Part shown: piece after piece, positions 28,649 to 40,737 of the stretch
Layout: the number at the start of each line of letters is the position of its first letter
Numbering within the stretch: the stretch's first letter is position 1
DNA from: Podarcis tiliguerta
Taxonomy: Eukaryota
Length of the DNA: 64,000 nucleotides
Assembly (NCBI GenBank): GCA_965153285.1
Contig: OZ229116.1
Reading direction: 5' to 3' (one strand)
Program-made: the position numbers and the translations under genes
Notes under the pieces: model-generated
Told to the model about the DNA's origin: nothing
Database searches by the model: none
Seen by the model: only the letters and a program-made list of their open reading frames with translations

Positions 28649-29234
28649 AGATCAGGAGTTAGCTGAATACCGACCCATTGTATTGAAACTCTGTCAAGAA
28701 AGGTCAAAGATGGGGTAGTGGTTCTGTAGAAATCAGATCAAAAGAAAAGGGTCTCTCTTTTATGCCAGGGATCCCATGACTCAGAAACAGAATGGCTAAG
28801 CTTACCAGCAGCATGCTTGTTGAACTGAGACAAATGGGATGAGCAGGTCAGTCTGACGAGCTAATCAGTACTCTTCTGATTATGCTTCTAGGACATATGC
28901 CACATACTGAAAAAAGTTCATGGATGAGTGCCAACACAGAGAGACCAAGGATGTCCTGTCCTTTCCAGACTATTGAACAGAATCTTTAAAAGTACAAGTC
29001 ACTGCTCCAGTCTTATTTCTGTTTTCCCCTACGCACAGAGTTTTGGAGACAATCACCCAATACATCTCAGTTCTGAGAAGCATATGAGAAAGAGCAGCTA
29101 CTCATTGTTGATTTACCACTGGGTTTCAACCTTGTTTCATCCCCTAGTGATATAATGCTGGCTGCAAATGGGTAGCATATTTTTTTATTCTTTGCTCTTA
29201 TACTTTGTTCCTACTTCAGCCAGGTACTCTTGTG

Positions 29235-29510
29235 GGAAACTGGTTTTCTAGATCCATTTCAATAGGGGTTTAGGCCTGGTTTGGGCACAAAAATTGCTTT
29301 GGTTGCCCTGTATGATGACCTCTGTTGGGAAAGAGACAGACAAATTGTATCCCTATTAATTCTCCTCAAACTCTCAGTGGTTTTCAATACCATCAGCCAT
29401 GGTATCATTTTGGAGCAGTTGCCTGAGTTCGAGATTAGTGGCACCACTTTGCAATGCTTCCAATCCTACTTGGATGGTTGTTTCCAGAGGATGATGCTTG
29501 GGGAGTGATC
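29235..29510 (+). mobile_element. L2 LINE RT fragment
   Basis: DPFQ*GFRPGLGTKIALVALYDDL...VSLLILLKLSVVFNTISHGIIL, a decayed QSGFRPGHGTETAL...LLDLSAAFDTIDH. Confidence 0.8.
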
Positions 29511-29724
29511 TTTGTCCCATGTAGAGTGTTTCTAGTTGCCAAGCCATGGTCTAGGCATTACATTGCAGCTGAGCCAGTCAGAAGCTTTACTCAGCTACCC
29601 AGCAAGTCCATATCCAATCTGGTATGGTACCTGGTGTAGAAAAAGGCTGTAGATGGAGGAGATGTGGCAGAAATCACCAGTCCTCCAACATGAATGGAGG
29701 AGCAAGTTGGGATCCAAACCAATA

Positions 29725-29977
29725 CAGTGGGACCTTGGTTTACAAACTTAATTCGTTTCGGAAGTCCGTTCTTAAACCAAAGCGTTCTTAAACCAAGGAG
29801 TTGCTTTCCCATAGCAGCAGAGGACTCAATTTACAAATGGAACACACTCAACAGGAAAAGAAACATGTTCTGCTTCCAAGGCAAAGTTCACAAACCAAAA
29901 CACCTATTTCCGGGTTTGCAGTGTTCTTGATCCAAGTTGTTCATAAACTAAGCTGTTCTTAAACCAAGGTACCGCTG
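29725..29977. mobile_element. Tc1/mariner-superfamily MITE
   Basis: TIRs CAGTGGGACCTTGGTTTACAAAC / GTTCTTAAACCAAGGTACCGCTG, TA on both sides, internal GTTCTTAAACCAA subrepeats. Confidence 0.88.
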
Positions 29978-30200
29978 TACATGAAGTGGTATGTTTCAGT
30001 TCATCCATCATCACTGGCTGTGCTAGTCCTCTATAGGAATCAAATGAACGATCTTGAAGATAATAGAGTTTAGGCGCCAAGGGAAGACTTCAGCTCTGAT
30101 CACATGCCTAGCTGAAGAGAGAAAGACTTCTTTGGAAACCAAACAGAGAAATATAATATCTATCACCCCCTTCCGGCATAATATCAGGAATATAAAAATA

Positions 30201-30237
<37 letters not shown>
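30201..30237. repeat. (ATT)n microsatellite
   Basis: Seen directly. Confidence 0.95.
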
Positions 30238-30240
<3 letters not shown>

Positions 30241-30466
30241 CACTGCATAGGTATGACTGATTTTCACACAATATGTTTAGGACTCACCTGTTTGTGGCAA
30301 GTAGCAATGATGTGATTTCTTTAGGGCTGCCATATGTCTGAACATTACAGGGATTTCAAATTCGGAATGGACGTCCGGGAGGAATTTCCAAAAGGTGACG
30401 CTCAACCAGAAAGCTCAACAATCTAAGATTTCTTAGATTAGCATGAAAGAGCCTCCCAAAGAACCT

Positions 30467-30716
30467 CAGTGTGGTGTAGTGGTTAAGAACGGTAGTCTTG
30501 TAATCTGGGGAACCGGGTTCGCGTCTCCGCTCCTCCACATGCAGCTGCTGGGTGACCTTGGGCCAGTCACACTTCTTTGAAGTCTCTCAGCCCCACTCAC
30601 CTCACAGAGTGTTTGTTGTGGGGGAGGAAGGGAAAGGAGAATGTTAGCCGCTTTGAGACTCCTTAAAGGAAGTGAAAGGCGGGATATCAAATCCAAACTC
30701 TTCTTCTTCTTCTTCT
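30467..30716 (+). mobile_element. Squam3-type tRNA-derived SINE
   Basis: A box TGGTGTAGTGG, B box GGTTCGCGTC, GGGTGACCTTGGGCCAGTCAC body, (CTT)n tail, about 250 bp. Confidence 0.8.
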
Positions 30717-33224
30717 CAAGACAAGGAAGCTTTTGTAAGCTGCAGATGAGCTGATTCTTTTTGTTTCTTTCAAAGAATCAATGTGTTGCAAATGACCTCT
30801 GTTGAAAGGTGTTGGCTACTGAGCTAGTAAAAATATTGATGGGAGGTAGCTGTGGGTGTATTTTGCAAGGCTGTTTTACAAGCCATTTTCCAGCAGTATG
30901 TGTGCTTTTTATGGATCTTTAATTGTGATGTCACTAGCCATAAGACACAGGATTCTGTTTTCTAAGGGTTACATATGAATATCAGAAGCTTATTAACCCT
31001 GCTGAGATGCAAACTTAAGGTTAACCCTCCAGTCATGCACAGCATTGATAAGGTCCAATGTCTGCATTTCAGTTAATAATTTTTTGTGCAAATCTTCAGT
31101 AACTTTGGTGGGACTTCCTTTTTGTTAAAAAGTTAATGGTTACAACTCTCCTTCCTGCATAAAAGCATCAGCCACTTGCACAATACTTTCAAGGAATGAG
31201 TATAATAATAATAGTAATTCCTTATTTATACCCCACCCATCCGGCTGGGTTTCCCCTGCACCTTCACTAAGAAGAGGAATGGGATAGGAAAACATGACGG
31301 TAATATTGCTTCCAACACCACATTTACCAGATACTGTTGTTACATTTATTATACAGGTAGTGACCATTTTGGGTGCATTCAATATGTGCATGACTGCACA
31401 CACATGCATCACGCCAAACCTGAAAGTGACCTGAAAACGTCACCAAAAGGGGTGGAACATGGTGGGGGCAGAAGAGAGTATTTGCAGGCTTTCTCAACAG
31501 TGTTTCAAATATATGTGATTTCACTTAAACGCACAGTGCTTTGGAACATAACCCCACATAATTTGGGAGTTGCCTGTATACCAGATCTACTCCCTGGTCC
31601 AACAACAAAGATCTCTGTGTGGAAACATGCTTCCATAGGCTCAACCACTGTGGGTATGTACATGCATGTCCGGTTGATAATTCTCCAGCATCAGGATGCT
31701 TATCGAGTCTCCATTTACCTGGTTATATGTGGCAGTATTACTTTTTGTAACATTTTATACAGATGGCATATTCATCTGTGGCTCACTAGTTGTTCTCTGA
31801 GGCCAGCTGCTTGAGCTGGTTCAAAGTTTTGACATTAGTAGTTGTAACTAGAGGTAACTGCTACATTTCCTCAAAAAGGAGTGTACCGTTAAGCCAAGAA
31901 TGGGACAACTATGGCGCTAGAGATGTTGTTGGACTCCATCCCCCATCAGCTGCAGCCAGCATGGCCAACAGTGAGGAGTGGTGGGAGCTCTACATGACAT
32001 CTGGAGGGCAATTTGTACCCCATCCTGGCTAGTGTTCAATTAATGGTTAGTGTTCAATTATTAGAACAGAGGTGTGGAACATGTGTCGATCCAGATGTTG
32101 CTACATTACATCTCCCATCGTTCCTGACTTTTGGCCAAACTGGCTAGGGCTGGTGGAGCCCAACAAGATCTGGGGATCCACACATTTCCCGCCCCTACAT
32201 TGCAGCTAAGGAACATGCACAAAGAAGAGCTGTATTGGAGAGCACATACAGTAACAGTTACATTGGTAAATGCATTGGAAACATGGATGCACGTGGGCAC
32301 AGTGGCTTTCTAAGTTTTCTCATCCTTAGTGCATCAGCAGAAACCAGGTCTTCAAAAAGGCATTGGGGGATTTAGTTTTGGGTCCAAGATGCAAGATTTC
32401 AGCAAAAGGGATTCTCCCAGCCAGAACATGGGGGGAATGCTTATTTCTGCTTTCTGCCATACTCTTCTGTTTGGAGCTTGCTTTCAAGAGACAGTTGTTT
32501 CATGAGAACCAGGAAGAAGCTTAGAATTGGTGTCATGCTGGCTGTCATGAGGCAAAGAATTGCATGCATGCTGTTTATTATTACCTCTGCTCTAGGACTT
32601 ATGAATCTTGGAAAACAAAGCAGTTATGCTTATAAATTATCTTCAGGCTCTGCTTCATTTACTTCTCTTCCACTAGGAAATTGACCTATAAAACAGAGCC
32701 ATGCATCCTGACCTGAGAAAGATGGGACCTGGTGAGCATATTCAAACTCAGCCTCCCAAGCATGCTGAAGGATGTCCGATAATCTCACAGGCCTTTCCTG
32801 CTGAATTGGCAACCTCTCTCCTGTTGGTTACCTTCAGAGGCCATCTAAGAGAGGGGAAAGAGGAGTGCTTCTTGGAAGTGACTAACTCTGTAATGTGAGT
32901 GGACTCCCTCTTTTCAGAACATGCATTGTAAATGAATGGCTGCAGAAAATGTGCTTGGAGCATCAAAACATTTGATAATCATAACTCAGCAGCTTGCCTA
33001 AAGTCTAGCTCCTGCACCTGGCTCCTCCCTTTCTGCCCTTGGATAGTGAGAAGACTTGTGGCAAAGTGCATACTGCTAGGCAAGCCCACCTCCCTAACAA
33101 TTGCTAGCACTCAGAGATGCCAATAAATGTGAGCAGGGAGAACTCTATTTACCTAATCATAAATTGGACTTTGGGAGGAATATGCTATCCCAGAGTAACG
33201 CCAGGTGTCAGACAGGGTAGAAGT

Positions 33225-33369
33225 CAGTGCTTTTTTTCTAGAAAAATAGGTGCTTGTACTCACCATGGAGTTGTTACAGTAAGTGTCATACTTTTTAACA
33301 ACAACAAAAAAGAGAGATGCCGGTACTGTGTACCCTTAAGTACCCCCTGAAAAGAAAAGAAAAGCACTG
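33225..33369. mobile_element. hAT MITE
   Basis: TIRs CAGTGCTTTT / AAAAGCACTG. 8-bp TSD GTAGAAGT / GTAGAAGC. Confidence 0.82.
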
Positions 33370-36300
33370 GTAGAAGCATATGGGATGGAGGGATAGATAG
33401 ACGGAGACTTCATATGGTAGCACAAACTATAATAAGTGAGCATTTTGTGCTGTGAATCCCACATTTTGTGCCATGGCCAATTTTAGCAGTTGACACAGCA
33501 AACCGAGGTTACAAGTTAACACCCCCAAATCCAACATTGTCCAATCCCCTCCAAACCGATGCCGAAGTTTTGTGCTCATATGGTGCCATTCTGTTCCAGG
33601 AACCCCACATTTTGTGGTTCCCCCCCAAATAAGTAGTTGATACTCAAACCCTCCCAAACCTCCCAAGCATTGTTTGATTCACTCCAAAACAGAGCCAAAT
33701 TTTTGGAGTACTGTAGTTTTGTACCATTTTGTGCCATGAGCCCTGCATTTTGTTCCACCATCCAAACTGAGTAATTGATACAGCAAACTGGGGTTAGAAA
33801 TTAACACCCCTAAAAAACAACATTGTCTGATCCCACAGCACAAAAGAAAAGTTTGTCATCTGTTTGGAGGTGTTCCAAAATTTCGGGAGTTAGACGTTAA
33901 TAAAGCTTAGTAGGACCAGTAAGTCACATCAAATTGCCAGGGGAAAGCCCTCTACACCAAAGAAACTTCATTTTCACTCTCTACTCTGATCTCTCTCTCT
34001 CTCTCTCTCGCTCTCTCTCTCGCTCTCCTTTGCTCTTTTTCCATCTCTTTGGTTAATTTCTGTCTCTCTACAGTATTCACAAACTTCCCCACTCACTTCA
34101 TACAACATTCTTGCAGGTGAACAGTCCATTTAGGGGATCATACATAACCACAGAGAAACATTGCTATTATTTTGTCAAATTCCAGACTCTGAACAGGCCT
34201 CACTCCAAGGTGAAGTCATACTGATAGACCCATTTGCAGGAATCAGCAGTAAACAATGGTCCCTCTCATATGAGCATCCATTCTCATTTGTTTGCACAGT
34301 TTGTGGGGAGTTAAATGGCATTGGCTATATACTGAGCATTCTTTTCTCTTTTTTGCGGGAAGGTTAGATAACATTGCATCAGATAAGTGCATTTTCCCAT
34401 CACTTTTCTTGTAGCAAAACGTGGGGCAGGGACAGATTTGGTGTGCAAAAGTGCCAAATCAACTTCAGCTGCACAGCCGAAATTTGCCAGTAAGTGACTG
34501 AATCTCAACCAAAAATAGAGACAATCTGGAAGTGCTCTAAGTCAAATTCCACTGAAAATGTGCAGGATTAATTTGACCTAATGTGATTAGGACTGGAATA
34601 GTCATAACCATTTGATCAACATGGCATTTCTCTTTTTTTTTCTTTGCAAAAAAGAAAGATCCACACTGCTGGAAATTCTGAGCTGCATCCTTTCCAGTCT
34701 CTTTCTCATTGTCATGCTTTGTGTAACTAGCTTAGCTGATTTGACACCCACTGCACAAAAGGTTGTCCCTTCTGTTCTATCTATCTTGGATGGTATCAAG
34801 AAGAGAGTGAAAAAGCAGCACAGCTGGTAAGACAGTGATCCCAAAAATATACAAAGGCGTACCAGAGGGAATAGTCATCAACATAAAGTGAACAAGCACC
34901 CAGACTATTGATTACATGCTGCTCACAGAACACTGGGCATTTCTGCCAACTTCTTTCCACTCGTACACTGCGCTACAGACAGCATGTTGTACTTTGCATC
35001 ATCAGTTTTGATGAATAATGCACTGATAAACACTGCAGCCAATATTCTGTTTGAGCTGAGAAGCCAGATGTCATCTGGACCTCCAATAGTTTTAACCCTG
35101 GGCCAGAGACAGACAGTGAAATAAACACTAGACTGCTCTGCAGAATGGGTAATTCCTAAATGCAAGATTATGTACAATATTATTGTGGACTAGAAAGCAT
35201 ATGGGAAATTAAGATCCATTGTAACTTGTTTCCCTATAAATGAGTAAAGAGAGGCAGATAGGCTGCTGGAACATAAATCTACCTAAATAGATGGCTAAGT
35301 CTGATCCTCATTACTATCCCTCCCCCTCCCCATCCAATTTTGACAGGGTAAGAACACATTTTAAATATTTTAATTTTATGAGAATTAATATGTGGGATAA
35401 GAAAGGAGGCCTCGCTTAAGCCTAAATGATGGGATTCAAACTCTAAAGAATGGAAGTGTAAGACACCTCAGTGTAAACCAGCATCTCTATCCCTTCAGAT
35501 GTTTTGGACTACAACTGTCATCAGCCTCAGCAAGCATGAGCAGTAGTCAAGGATGATGGGAATTGTATTCCAAAACATTTGGACAGCATCAGGTTGGGGA
35601 AAGCTAAGATATAATACTGATGGACCATCTCCACTAGCCTTCTGCAATTCCCTCTGTACTTGATGTACCTCTCCTACTTGAATTTCAAAGCATAGGGAAA
35701 TAGCTCTGAATTTAGGGAGGAGAAAGTATGGAGCAGCAGTAGTTGAAGGAGAATGCCACTTGGCTGAGGGGAAATTAAAAGAGGCACAAAGGGATCACAA
35801 TCCCCATTCAGAACATATGGGTCCTAGGCTGGAAAGTGGTAAATAATAGGGGTGGGGGCCATCTGTAGCAGGATAAAAGCAACAACATAATCTTGGTACT
35901 CCTTCGTAGTGCTTATCAGGAAAGAAGACCCCTGCCAGATAGAAAAGAAGCTTAAATTGTTTAAATCATAAGCAAACAAAAAGGGACTTTGCTCAGTCAA
36001 GGGACTTTGGTATCTCAGTCAAGAGATTCCATGACAAATTGGAATTCCTAACATTGTTCTAGGAAGGTTTCTTAAATTTAAAAGGCCCAGTGACCCTACT
36101 GAAGTCTACTTGGGTCTAATAAATCAAAGAAATTGCTCAGAAATGGTTAACCTGCATGAAAATATGACCCCCTGAATGCTGCAAAGAGCAGTGAGCTCCC
36201 TTATGGTTTGCTCAGCCAGTATAGTATGTGAAATTTAAAAGAGAACATGTTAGCTGAAAATTATGACATTTCAAAATTGAAATGTGTAGAAAAGCTATCT

Positions 36301-36525
36301 TCCTCTTGAAGGACAATTGCACTTTGCATTTTAATGATGGACCAAGTTAACTGATGAGTCCACTCAGTACTAAAGATGCCCAAACTTCACACACTAGTCC
36401 CTGATTGTATGATTGCATTCACTTTAGGGAATGATGCTGCCCTGAACCTGGCCATATCATAGAAAGTGCAACACTATAGTTCCTCTGACCCAGGTTTACA
36501 AAATGTAGTTACCATCAATGGAAGT

Positions 36526-36678
36526 CAGAGGACGAGATGGTTAGACAGTGTTCTCGAAGCTACAAACATGAATCTGACCAAACTGCGGGTGGCAGTGGAA
36601 GACAGGAGTGCCTGGCATGCTCTGGTCCATGGGGTCACAAAGAGTCGGACACGACTGAATGACTAAACAACAACAACA
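36526..36678 (+). mobile_element. RTE-BovB-like LINE 3' end
   Basis: Encodes QRTRWLDSVLEATNMNLTKLRVAVEDRSAWHALVHGVTKSRTRLND*, with a (CAA)n tail. 12-bp TSD ATCAATGGAAGT (36514-36525, 36679-36690). Confidence 0.9.
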
Positions 36679-39600
36679 ATCAATGGAAGTAAAAGAAGTA
36701 CTAAGGTCCTGGGAATCACACACAAACTGTTTTCCAGATATTTCCAGTTTGCATACTACTTTTATCCCTTTGTCTATACAAAGGTGTACTCCCTACTGAA
36801 ATCAATGAGACAGCCTTAACAGATGAAGGAATTCTACATGTGCGTTGGAACCTAGGCTGCACAGGATATTGTAGGATCCGTGCTCTTGTTTGCTTGCCAA
36901 AAAAGGGGGGGGGGGAGAAGAAAAGGCACCAGTGCAAAGTCAAAGAGAGAGGAAACTGCAAACTTTCACCAAGAGTAATGAATTGTCCCAACACCTTTCA
37001 AGTCATATAACCTTTTCTGGGGTAACATGTTTTAACAGTGTCCAATGAAGTCTTATAAACTCTGTCATGGTCACTCATTTATTTCTTTGGCCAAATTTTG
37101 GAAGTAAGCAAATGTGACATCCCTCTTTCCAGATGGGAAAGCGAGTCACAATGTAATTAGGTATGCCCCACATCATGGCTGTTTCATCCGTACAATCAGA
37201 GGAACAAATTTGCTCCTTGTTATTATCAGAGGAGGGATGGGCTTCTGCAGCAACTGATGAATTAAGACTTGTGGCCTTTAAGCCCTAATTGCTCTCCTAA
37301 ATTCAGAGAGAAAGAGAACAGACAAGTGGAATGGGAGCTGAAGCAAAACATCCAAGGTCATTCAGGTAATCTGTCACGAAGCAAGGAAGCTTAGCATGCA
37401 AAAGTCAGAATCAGACTTATCCTCTGCTGCATTTGAGGGGAGCTCCTCCTCATTAAACCCTCCTTTCCCAATGTCCTATTGGTCCTGGCTGCCATGCTTT
37501 GCTTAGCTGAGCAGTATCTTCAAATGTGCTTCCACTGTGAAACTAACAGTGGGGAAACAAGCAGCAAGTAACTCAAGGTTCATAACATTGCTCCTGCATT
37601 TGATTAACCGAAAAACCAATAAAAGCAGAGCACGGGAGCAGAGCACCCTTTAAAATGGCGTAAAACAATTAGGGAGAAAATGGCATAGGCCAGGGAATGC
37701 CGAAGACAAAATGGTAGGTGAAAAAAACCCACCAACTTATATAAATAAGGAATAAGCTGTGAAGAGATACAGGAGCAGTGACTATAGTGGAATTTCAATT
37801 ACCCTGACACTGATGGGTATAGCAGCAATAGAGTCATTAGAAACTGGATGCATGTTCCTAAATGTAATACAGGGCTATTTCTTCTGTTTGAAGAGCAATC
37901 AACAGGACCAGGGGCTATTCTGGACTTAGTCCAAGGAAATGAAAGTAGGTGAAATGAATAGCATGACGCTAATAAACCCTTAGGGCTATGTTATCATAAT
38001 ATCACCAGATTGGAAACACTTCTGAGAATATTTGTGTGAGAGTGGTTATCAAAGTACAACACTGCAAGTGGAATGAGTTGGGGGAAAGTTGATTGGAATC
38101 AACTGTTTGTGGACCATAAGGGGGGGAGGGAATGTTTGCATTAGTTAAAAAATGGAGAGCCTGACACTTCTATTTTCTTTTGCTTTAATCAAAGCTGAAA
38201 TGATCAGAAAGAGAAACCAGTGCCGTCCCAGAAAGACGTGATAAAGGTATCAAAACATTTTCCTTATTCAAAAGGACAAATGCCCTCGAGACACACAAAC
38301 AGAGAGAGATTTGGCAGGCTTAAAAATGAATAAGGGAACATTATGAGAATACCAGCAGAGAACAATATGCACTGAATATTCCAATCAAAACTGATGCCAA
38401 GTTCTAAGGTATATGTGTGCAGTGTAAAAGGCAGGGAGAGGCAGAGAGGAAGCAAATTGTGAAAAAGACATAAACAGTACAAAGAAAATGATTCTCTTCA
38501 CAAATTAATGGGGCAACTATCAAGCCTTTAATCATACCAATAGTCCCAATGAATTCACTGGGCTAGAGCAATGAATACTCATCTCACCAAAAGGTTGAGG
38601 TACTTTAAGAAACAGAAAAGGGAAAAAAGGAGGGGAGGGTCACAGATTGATGCACAATGCCATGGAGGGGGGAAAGTTTCCATGCTGCTCCAATGATTTT
38701 GGTTTAATGATCAGACTTCTTAAACTTTAAGTTGTTCAGGAAAAGGGAAAGAGAAAAGTTGCTTCTCCACATCAGACAAAGGGATGGCTGCCAAGACAGG
38801 GCATCTTGTGGTGGACAGAAAGGCTGTGATGTAGACAGCGGGACTTTGCTGCTGTTTCAGGAGGGAGTCATATGCCTTGGCTGATATTTGCTGCCAACTT
38901 CAACACACTCACTAACCAAAAGGCTGGGGGAGGGGTGAAGGAAAGCTAAGCATGCTTGACTAACCAGTAGATCATACCCCCCCCCCAGCAATGTGCTATC
39001 TAGCTGGAAGGCTTGCAATGCTCTGCTGAGTATTAGGAAGAAAATTGTGTCCTGTTGTATGTTTGTGCTTCCTCAGCTTCTTCACTGAGCAGCTTATGGC
39101 TTCAGCAGTGAAATCTGGGTCCAGACTTTCCCAATAGTACACAAAATGTTTGACATTCCACTAAAAACTATTAGTTACATGTGCTGGCCTCATAATTCAG
39201 AATCAACTTCTAAATATCCCCAGGAGCTAAATCAATAATTTGCTTGAGAAAGAAGGGCTGAGTCTGGCTTAACATAGTATACTTTTCTCTCAGGGCCTGA
39301 TTCTCCGAAGGTTACATGGGCATTGAATTCTGATATAATGTTTCCATGTATATGGACTTGACGTTTATCCTGTGAACAGAAACCAATGTGGTATCAGAAG
39401 AGGTAAAACTTCATTTTCACGTCTTGATTCAGATACGAAAAGGCCTCTATTTATTTTTTTGAGACCAGACCTTACTGTGGGTTTTTTTGTTTTAGTTTTT
39501 AAACATTGTTCAGTTTCCAAAAATGTGTATAGCAAAAGAATTCCCATAGACTTCCACACAAACTTCAAGAAACATTTCATGCATCTACAGTGTAAATGAT

Positions 39601-40737
39601 ATGGATTCTACTGCATTGACTGAGGCTGATTCATCATGATTAGGGATAGAGGCCCATGCATTTCCAATGTGGCCTTCTGCTTTCACTTTTTTCGCTTTTT
39701 AAACTGCAACCCTCTCACCTGACACGACCTAGGGCCAGGTATGGTCAGAGGTGTAGTCCAATATCCAGAGAGCTATGTGTTTGCTACCCTGGGCTACTTA
39801 CTAAAGGGTCAAATCACATTGGTGCGGGAGATGTGTGATTACAGATGTTACAAGAAATAATAAAAATAATGCTTGAACATGGAGTTAGGACTAGAAATAA
39901 ATTCTGCTTCTTAACCTCTGGGGCCAACTTGGCCATTTTAGTCTATCATGCTAACCTCTATCTTTCTATATGGCCATCAATGTCTGTGGGATAGCAGCAA
40001 AGGGAATACTATGCATGAGGAATGGGTGCAGGCATGGAAGAAAGCTGCATCAGAATTTCACAGCCTTCTGGCAAGGTTCATGCTGTTTTGCAGAAGCAAT
40101 CAAGCAAAGCAAGCTAACAAAAACTAGTCAGTTGCTGGGGGAGATCTGTGTGGCGATAACCGCAGCTTCAGGGTGGATATGACATTGTATTGCCAACCGC
40201 AGTGAGTGAGCTGAACATTTAGACTAGAAACTTTTTGTTTATTTATTGCATTTATTCATTGCTTTTCTACAAAAAGAAGTCCTTCAGTGACTTACAAATA
40301 TATGAAATACCAAAGAGCTTGTGAATCTTTTAAAATCAAATACATAATAAAACAAATATTTTTAAAGGTGTTCATCCAAATAAAAAGGACAAATCCTACC
40401 CCACCCTACTCAAAGATGAACAGAACAAACAAACCATAATGCATACTGCACTGTGATCTAAGTTAAAGCCTGGGCAAACAGGAATGTTTTAGGGTATGTT
40501 CATGTTACCACATAGTCTGCATCTAATGCACGCCCACTGACCATTTTTGAAGCTATTATTCACCTGAGTGTGTTAACGACAGTGCATATTTTCTCAGAGG
40601 AGATTCAGTCCAACTAGAAAACCTAAACTGCATTCACTTTGTACTTAAGAATAGTCTCAAAAAACATTTGAGACAGCCATCGTGCATGTGCAGATGAGTG
40701 TGCCTGCACAGGTGCTAACTTCATGAGTAGGAGTTTG

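Noticed and set aside
34602-35177. Overlapping open frames on both strands with a possible minus-strand acceptor near 35098 and a faint GPCR-TM7-like HCATDSMLYFAS
   Set aside because: No recognisable protein family, internal stops, no partner exons. Would need tblastx or RNA-seq support.
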